The translations under genes were made by a program, and so were the position numbers. 64,000 bases of DNA, taken from the IMG/VR virus record IMGVR_UViG_3300023210_002494; one strand, given 5' to 3'. Positions 58,949-64,000 of the stretch are shown in pieces. Source of the DNA: an uncultured virus (IMG/VR IMGVR_UViG_3300023210_002494) (Duplodnaviria; Heunggongvirae; Uroviricota; Caudoviricetes). Position 1 is the first letter of the stretch, and the number at the start of each line of letters is the position of its first letter. The notes below the pieces were generated by a model. The model was not told the origin of the DNA. It worked only from the letters and a program-made list of their open reading frames with translations, and ran no database searches.

Positions 58949-59278
58949 ATGTATATGGATGTTAACATACACATATATCTCAAAAAATTAAAAGACTTTT
59001 TTAATAATGATAAGGAAGCGTATAATGATATATTTGGTAAAGAAAAAGTAGATATGGATGAGTTTTATAAAATGGTCGCTGAAAAAGCGACCATTAATAT
59101 TAAAAAAAACGGAGACCCTATATTATCTGGAAATGAAATGTTAGCGATTATCGCAGACCTGGCTTTTAAAGAAATATCAAAGGAAATGCAACTAGAACAC
59201 CTAACTAAGACAAAAAAAGAAATGGATAAAATATTCATAAATTCTAAAGATGGGTTCCCACCGATATGTTTAAATTAA
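58949..59278 (+). CDS. Hypothetical protein
   Basis: 109 aa; start could be 58955 after TATTTAT at 58944. Confidence 0.6.
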   Translation: MYMDVNIHIYLKKLKDFFNNDKEAYNDIFGKEKVDMDEFYKMVAEKATINIKKNGDPILSGNEMLAIIADLAFKEISKEMQLEHLTKTKKEMDKIFINSKDGFPPICLN

Positions 59279-59292
59279 AATAAAGTTACTTA

Positions 59293-59321
59293 TTGACAAT
59301 ATTTTTAAGTTTGCTTAAATT
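59293..59321 (+). promoter_or_regulatory. Sigma70-type promoter TTGACA-N17-TAAATT, 5 nt before ATG 59327
   Basis: Read directly. Confidence 0.65.
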
Positions 59322-59326
59322 TTAAT

Positions 59327-59653
59327 ATGGCAAAAAATATAGAACTACCACCTACTAAATCACTATTAGAAAAATACCAACCATTACTAATGGTAAAATT
59401 ATCCAGTCCAGCAACTATTAGGTTAGGGAGTGATATAGAAAAATTTGCTTCTGATATTCGGGAAAAAAGTGGGTATGAGGTTATAGTATTTCCTAATGAA
59501 GAAGAAACAGATATAAAGTTAGTTAGTATCTGTGAGAGTGAATCGGTAGACATAAGTAAACTAAAAGACTATATTTACACTAAGTATAAATCACCAAGTA
59601 TACAAGAAACACCCTTTACTAAGATTAAAGATATAATTAAAAAAAGAAAATAA
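59327..59653 (+). CDS. Hypothetical protein
   Basis: 108-aa ORF. Confidence 0.6.
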   Translation: MAKNIELPPTKSLLEKYQPLLMVKLSSPATIRLGSDIEKFASDIREKSGYEVIVFPNEEETDIKLVSICESESVDISKLKDYIYTKYKSPSIQETPFTKIKDIIKKRK

Positions 59654-59654
59654 A

Positions 59655-60014
59655 GTGAGTGATAAAGAAACACCAACACACGACCCTCAAACAGGAGAAC
59701 GTAATTCTCATTACGAAGAATTGACGGGAAACTCAAATCCAGATTTTCCTTCACAACAAGATATTATAGAGTTTAATAGGAAAGAATATAGAAAAAAAGA
59801 GATGGTAGACCACCCAGACCATTATGGGGGTGAAGACAACCCTTACGAAGCTATTAAAGTTATAGAAAAGTGGGGGTTAGGTTTTAACCTAGGGAATGCG
59901 GTAAAATATATCTCAAGAGCAGATAAAAAAGGTAAAAGATTGGAGGATTTAAAAAAAGCAAGTTGGTACATTAATAGACAAATTAAAATAATAAAAAATG
60001 AAAGGAAAAATTAA
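59655..60014 (+). CDS. DUF3310 (SaV-like) protein
   Basis: [43 protein letters not shown]. Confidence 0.85.
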   Translation: MSDKETPTHDPQTGERNSHYEELTGNSNPDFPSQQDIIEFNRKEYRKKEMVDHPDHYGGEDNPYEAIKVIEKWGLGFNLGNAVKYISRADKKGKRLEDLKKASWYINRQIKIIKNERKN

Positions 60015-60426
60015 TACAGACAAAGGAACTATGGTGGTAGAGTTCTATGAAAAAGACGCACCAAAAACAGTACAAAATTTTATAGGTTTAGCAAAACAAG
60101 GTTACTATAACGGTTTAAATTTCCATAGAGTAATTCCTGGGTTCGTAGCTCAAGGAGGTTGTCCGAATGGAACTGGGGCTGGTGGTCCTGGATATAAAAT
60201 TGATTGTGAGTTAGGTGGTGGTAATCAGTACCATGACAAGGGTGTTCTATCTATGGCTCACGCTGGTAGAAATACTGGTGGGTCACAATTCTTTCTATGT
60301 CATAATAGACAAGGGACACAACATTTAGATGGGAACCATACTTGTTTTGGTAAAGTTGTTGAAGGTTTAAATATTGTAGACCAGATACAACAAGGAGATA
60401 AGTTTAGTGTAGAGATAGAAGACTAA
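59998..60426 (+). CDS. Cyclophilin-type peptidyl-prolyl cis-trans isomerase
   Basis: [54 protein letters not shown]. Confidence 0.95.
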   Translation: MKGKINTDKGTMVVEFYEKDAPKTVQNFIGLAKQGYYNGLNFHRVIPGFVAQGGCPNGTGAGGPGYKIDCELGGGNQYHDKGVLSMAHAGRNTGGSQFFLCHNRQGTQHLDGNHTCFGKVVEGLNIVDQIQQGDKFSVEIED

Positions 60427-61325
60427 TGAAAACCAGACTATCTAACAATGTAGGAAATACCCCACTAATACCAATAACTATTGGTAGATACACTGTATGG
60501 GGAAAAGCTGAGTTTATGAACCCTAGTGGTTCGGTTAAAGATAGGATGGCAACATACATTATTAATAACGCAGAGAAATTAAAATTAATAAAACCAGGTA
60601 GTACTATATGTGAAGCAACTTCGGGTAATAGTGGCATATCATTTGCGATGTTGGCCGCGGAAAGAGGGTATAATATAGTTATCATTATGCCATCTAATAT
60701 GTCTGAAGAAAGAAAAAACATGTTTAAAATTTACGGAGCTAAACTAATAGAAGTTGGTGAAGGAGATTTTGATGGAGCAATTGCGTTAAGAGACGAGATG
60801 TGTGAAAAAAAGGGTTGGTTTAACTGTAACCAGTTCCACAATAAATTAAACATAGAAGCACATTATCTTGCTACAGGACCAGAAATATACAACCAATTTA
60901 AAGACGCTAACGAACTCATAGAGGATATTCCTGATGTTTTTGTAGCTGGTACTGGAACTGGTGGTACACTTATGGGTATTGACAAATTTTTAAAAGAGAT
61001 GTGGCCTAAGATAAGTACAGTAGCAGTAGAACCAGCAGAATCACCGGTAATGTCTGGTGGTAAACCTGGGTTACATGGGATACAAGGAATTGGTGATGGT
61101 AGTAAATTTTTAGTGGACTTAGAAAAAGTTTCGGAAGTTAGAATGGTTACCACAGAATGTGCAAAATCTTGCTCTAGACACTTAGCTAAAAAATATGGTT
61201 TATTTATCGGGATAAGTGCAGCAGCAAATGTATTCACAGCATTCCAATGGCTACGAGACAACGATAAAAAAAATGCAGTAACAATACTTTGTGATAGAGG
61301 GGAAAGGTATTTTAGTTGTTTGTAA
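60426..61325 (+). CDS. cysK: PLP-dependent cysteine synthase (O-acetylserine sulfhydrylase family)
   Basis: VGNTPL; KAEFMNPSGSVKDR; EATSGNSG; GTGTGGT; HGIQGIG; DRGERYFS. Confidence 0.9.
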   Translation: MKTRLSNNVGNTPLIPITIGRYTVWGKAEFMNPSGSVKDRMATYIINNAEKLKLIKPGSTICEATSGNSGISFAMLAAERGYNIVIIMPSNMSEERKNMFKIYGAKLIEVGEGDFDGAIALRDEMCEKKGWFNCNQFHNKLNIEAHYLATGPEIYNQFKDANELIEDIPDVFVAGTGTGGTLMGIDKFLKEMWPKISTVAVEPAESPVMSGGKPGLHGIQGIGDGSKFLVDLEKVSEVRMVTTECAKSCSRHLAKKYGLFIGISAAANVFTAFQWLRDNDKKNAVTILCDRGERYFSCL

Positions 61326-61352
61326 AAAATAACTATAGTTTATCTATAGTAT

Positions 61353-61387
61353 AAGTCGTTTATAGTTATATTTATTATAAACGACTT
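61353..61387 (+). promoter_or_regulatory. Perfect 12-bp inverted repeat with late promoter TATTTAT in the loop, ending 3 nt before the lysozyme ATG
   Basis: AAGTCGTTTATA (61353-61364) / GTTATATTTAT / TATAAACGACTT (61376-61387), followed by TTT-ATG. Confidence 0.8.
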
Positions 61388-61390
61388 TTT

Positions 61391-61954
61391 ATGCGTATTA
61401 TAATTTCAGAAACACAACTAAACTTAATTTCAGAACAACTGGATACCAGCCAATTTAAACAAGCTGTTGAGTTAACAGCTTCACAGTGGTACTGGGACCA
61501 CGTAAGAAAAGAAGAAAGTTTAGAATGTGAAGCTTATGATATTGGTGATGGAAAATGGACAATTGGTTATGGTCATACTGAAGGCGTTAAAAAAGGTGAT
61601 ATTTTAGGTGATGGTAAAAACTGTAAAAAAGAAGCCACTACACTACTAAGAGAAGATTCTACGTATCACGCTAATAAATTAAGAAAAATTTTTACCGACT
61701 GGAATAAAAAAGGAATAAACATACTAATAACCCAAGGTATGTTTGACGCTTTATTATCGTTATCGTATAATGGTGGAGCTGGGGGTATAAGAAGGTCTGA
61801 CGTGATAGCTTTATTAAAAGATTCACAGACCATAGACAAAGATAAAATCCAACAAGCTGCTGACAGTATTAAGGGATATAGAGTTAGCAAGAAATTTCCA
61901 GGTCTAGTTAAAAGGAGAGAATTAGAGTACCAGAGATTTATAGAAGGATTGTAA
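61391..61954 (+). CDS. GH24 lysozyme (endolysin or virion muramidase) with N-terminal leader
   Basis: EESLECEAYDIGDGKWTIGYGHT; TQGMFDALLSLSYNGG; PGLVKRRELE. Confidence 0.85.
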   Translation: MRIIISETQLNLISEQLDTSQFKQAVELTASQWYWDHVRKEESLECEAYDIGDGKWTIGYGHTEGVKKGDILGDGKNCKKEATTLLREDSTYHANKLRKIFTDWNKKGINILITQGMFDALLSLSYNGGAGGIRRSDVIALLKDSQTIDKDKIQQAADSIKGYRVSKKFPGLVKRRELEYQRFIEGL

Positions 61955-61968
61955 AGTATTTATATAAT

Positions 61969-63411
61969 ATGAAAATAGAGATAACAGAACAACAATTAGA
62001 ACGTATTAATGAGTCACTTTTAAATGAAGGTGGGATTAGAGACATTAACAAGTTAGCACAAAGATACCCTAAAGCTGAAATATATTTTCACCAAGACCTA
62101 GATGGTGTAGTATCCGCACTAGGTATGAAAAACTATTTAGAAAATTATGGAATAGAGGTTATTGGTAGTCATGTGATACAGTACGGAGATAAAGAATTTT
62201 CTGTTAAAAAACCAGATGCTAGTGGGGACGTAATGCCAGTATTAGTAGATTTCGCACACGGTAAACCAATATTTAAAATTCATACTGACCATCATGACTC
62301 ACAGGCTGGGGTTGAGGATGATACCGCAACACAATTTAGAGGTGCAAGGTCTAATGTGGAAACCATATCACAAACTATAAGCCCTAGTGATATTTTTAGT
62401 AATGAAGATATTATGATGATTAATACTGTAGATTCAGCAGACTACGCAAAACACGATATTGAACCTGAACAAGTTATGAACTTAATTAGGGATTTTGAAA
62501 AGGGAGAACAAACATACGAAAAGAAATGGATGTTAGGGTTACTAACTAATAAATTACTACTAGCTTATAAAAATAAACCAGGATTTTTAGAAAACCTAGT
62601 GATGAACTCAACACCATCGCTAATGAATATATACCAAAACATAAATTCATACGCAAAAGAAAAAGGATTTGCATCTCCAGAAGATATGGCACAAAATCAG
62701 GCTGGTTATATTGAATCACAAAAGAAAAGTAATAATTTAAAATTAGAAGGTAATATTATTGTACAATACGGTGGGGGTGCTTTATTTAAACCAGGGTCTT
62801 ATGATAGGTACACACCATTTAAAATTTATCCTGAGGCTGATTTTTTAGTTATAGCTTGGCCTATGGGTTTAGTACAAGCTTCTTGTAACCCATTTAAAAA
62901 GGATAGAGCACTAAAGGGTGTAAATTTAGGTGATATAGCTCAAGAGGTTCTTAAAACAATAGAACCACAACTAAAAGCACACATGGTACCTATATCAGTA
63001 ATTAAAAGGGTGGGTGAAACCAAAGCAGATGATGATAGTATCGGTTTTAAAACGTCAGATTTATTTGCTTTATATAAAGACCATCTACAAAACATGCCAA
63101 AAGAAAGTTCAGAATATTATAACATGGCGGTTAATATAATAGATTCACCTTGGGATAGTCTAAGTGAAAAACAAAAAACAGTTCTAGATAACATCAAAGT
63201 ACCTGCTTGGGACGTTATTCAGGCTAATAGTGGTGGTCATAAATGTATAACAAATCTTAGTGGACTTAATTTCTTTAGTAGAGCAACTAGAAATCCAGAA
63301 AAAGGTACTTGGAAGAAAAAATCAGACAGTAAACCTACAAGGTATGTTGAGTTTGTTAAATGGGTACAAAAAGAACTGGTTAGTAAAATTAAATCTAGTA
63401 TTAATCAGTAA
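61969..63411 (+). CDS. DHH-family phosphoesterase with N-terminal leader
   Basis: HQDLDGVVS; LVDF; HTDHH; SGGH near the C-terminus; TATTTAT at 61957-61963. Confidence 0.75.
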   Translation: MKIEITEQQLERINESLLNEGGIRDINKLAQRYPKAEIYFHQDLDGVVSALGMKNYLENYGIEVIGSHVIQYGDKEFSVKKPDASGDVMPVLVDFAHGKPIFKIHTDHHDSQAGVEDDTATQFRGARSNVETISQTISPSDIFSNEDIMMINTVDSADYAKHDIEPEQVMNLIRDFEKGEQTYEKKWMLGLLTNKLLLAYKNKPGFLENLVMNSTPSLMNIYQNINSYAKEKGFASPEDMAQNQAGYIESQKKSNNLKLEGNIIVQYGGGALFKPGSYDRYTPFKIYPEADFLVIAWPMGLVQASCNPFKKDRALKGVNLGDIAQEVLKTIEPQLKAHMVPISVIKRVGETKADDDSIGFKTSDLFALYKDHLQNMPKESSEYYNMAVNIIDSPWDSLSEKQKTVLDNIKVPAWDVIQANSGGHKCITNLSGLNFFSRATRNPEKGTWKKKSDSKPTRYVEFVKWVQKELVSKIKSSINQ

Positions 63412-63736
63412 AATTTAAAACATCACCTTCACTTACCGAGTACTTTCCAGAAGGAACCTCCAAAACCTTATTAGCTATACCATAGTAAGAGTTACATTTA
63501 TTTTTATTACAGGGTGGACAATTCCTATGAACCTTAGTAACCTTATCTTCGATGATAAAAATTATATCCAAACTAATTAAACAATCTTTCATCCAGAAAG
63601 AACGTTCGGACACTTCTGAGAATAGAAATAACATTCCACCATTAAGAAATTCTCTACCCATCATACCTGTACTAATAGCGTTAGGAGAAGATTTAATCTC
63701 TAATGGGAGAACTTGTTTATTTAAAATAACATTCAT
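63401..63736 (-). CDS. DUF192 family protein
   Basis: Start MNVILNK; GMMGR..GMLFLF..FWMKDCLISLDIIFI..VLEV; minus-strand TATTTAT at 63743-63749. Confidence 0.85.
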   Translation of the reverse strand: MNVILNKQVLPLEIKSSPNAISTGMMGREFLNGGMLFLFSEVSERSFWMKDCLISLDIIFIIEDKVTKVHRNCPPCNKNKCNSYYGIANKVLEVPSGKYSVSEGDVLNFTD

Positions 63737-63754
63737 ACTATTATAAATATATAA

Positions 63755-63916
63755 ATGGAAAGAGAAACCAACGAAGACATAAAAAAACAAGTAGAAGAAT
63801 TAAAAGAACTTTTACAAACTATTGAGGTTAAAGACAAAGAGTCCCAAGAGGATATGGCACACATAAATAAGCAATTAAATAAAGTACTTAAAAAATTTAA
63901 TAAAAATGAAAATTAA
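63755..63916 (+). CDS. Small coiled-coil hypothetical protein (not in ORF track)
   Basis: MERETNEDIKKQVEELKELLQ...KNEN; overlaps the next start. Confidence 0.5.
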   Translation: MERETNEDIKKQVEELKELLQTIEVKDKESQEDMAHINKQLNKVLKKFNKNEN

Positions 63917-64000
63917 AACAAAAATAGAATATATCTGGTTAGATGGTACTAAACCAGAACAGACGTTAAGGAGCAAAACAAAAGTTGTAGAATTAGAAAG
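63906..64000 (+). CDS. glnII: Glutamine synthetase type II, N-terminus (truncated by window)
   Basis: KIEYIWLDGTKPEQTLRSKTKVV is the GSII N-terminal signature. Confidence 0.8.
   Translation, partial: MKIKTKIEYIWLDGTKPEQTLRSKTKVVELE

Noticed and set aside
1802..61890. Many minus-strand and alternate-frame ORFs in the track (e.g. 1802-2251, 33761-34222, 44656-45231, 48665-49168, 50995-51513, 51900-52364, 60863-61261)
   Set aside because: They lie antisense to or inside well-supported genes and have the Phe/Leu/Ser-rich composition expected of shadow frames
63737..63790. N-terminal extension of the DUF192 ORF given by the track
   Set aside because: The ATG at 63736 follows a TATTTAT motif, and the extension overlaps the divergent plus-strand ORF at 63755
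1..64000. Stop-codon reassignment, as in some large Bacteroidota phages
   Set aside because: Standard-code ORFs tile the window densely, and TAG (e.g. 50052, 58630) and TGA both end genes right before the next gene or promoter

Overview
AT-rich, gene-dense, almost entirely plus-strand segment of a large T4-like myophage genome, most likely infecting Bacteroidota. The host inference rests on the lack of Shine-Dalgarno sites, A-rich leaders, TAnnTTTG boxes, a Bacteroidota-type sigma factor, an Hc1 histone-like gene, a SprB-like repeat and a type II glutamine synthetase. Layout: 3' end of a class II ribonucleotide reductase (1-411); a ~36 kb baseplate/tail module (842-36607) with gp25- and gp6-like wedge genes and very large structural proteins, including a 2628-aa Cys-rich protein and a dockerin-bearing protein; a replication/recombination block (RuvC-like, primase, PD-(D/E)XK nuclease, SbcD and SbcC separated by genes that include a DegT aminotransferase and a GT2); a sigma70 gene; putative lysis and head-internal genes; and an accessory block (Hc1, DnaJ, DruA/DUF4338-like, DUF3310, cyclophilin, cysteine synthase, GH24 lysozyme, DHH phosphoesterase, DUF192, start of glutamine synthetase II). 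The most notable signals are: (i) the giant Cys-rich virion protein with CBM-like repeats, apparently created by a ~7 kb insertion, in a window that also encodes cysteine-supply and folding genes; (ii) a readable transcription programme with TATTTAT late promoters, leaderless TTGA-N17-TAnnnT promoters and a sigma54-like site before the phage sigma gene; (iii) a perfect 12-bp hairpin with the late promoter in its loop directly before the lysozyme start, as for T4 gene e; (iv) a shared N-terminal leader on two unrelated late enzymes, suggesting capsid targeting. No tRNA, rRNA, CRISPR array, integrase, reverse transcriptase or genetic-code change was seen. All family calls come from motif recognition by eye, not database searches.
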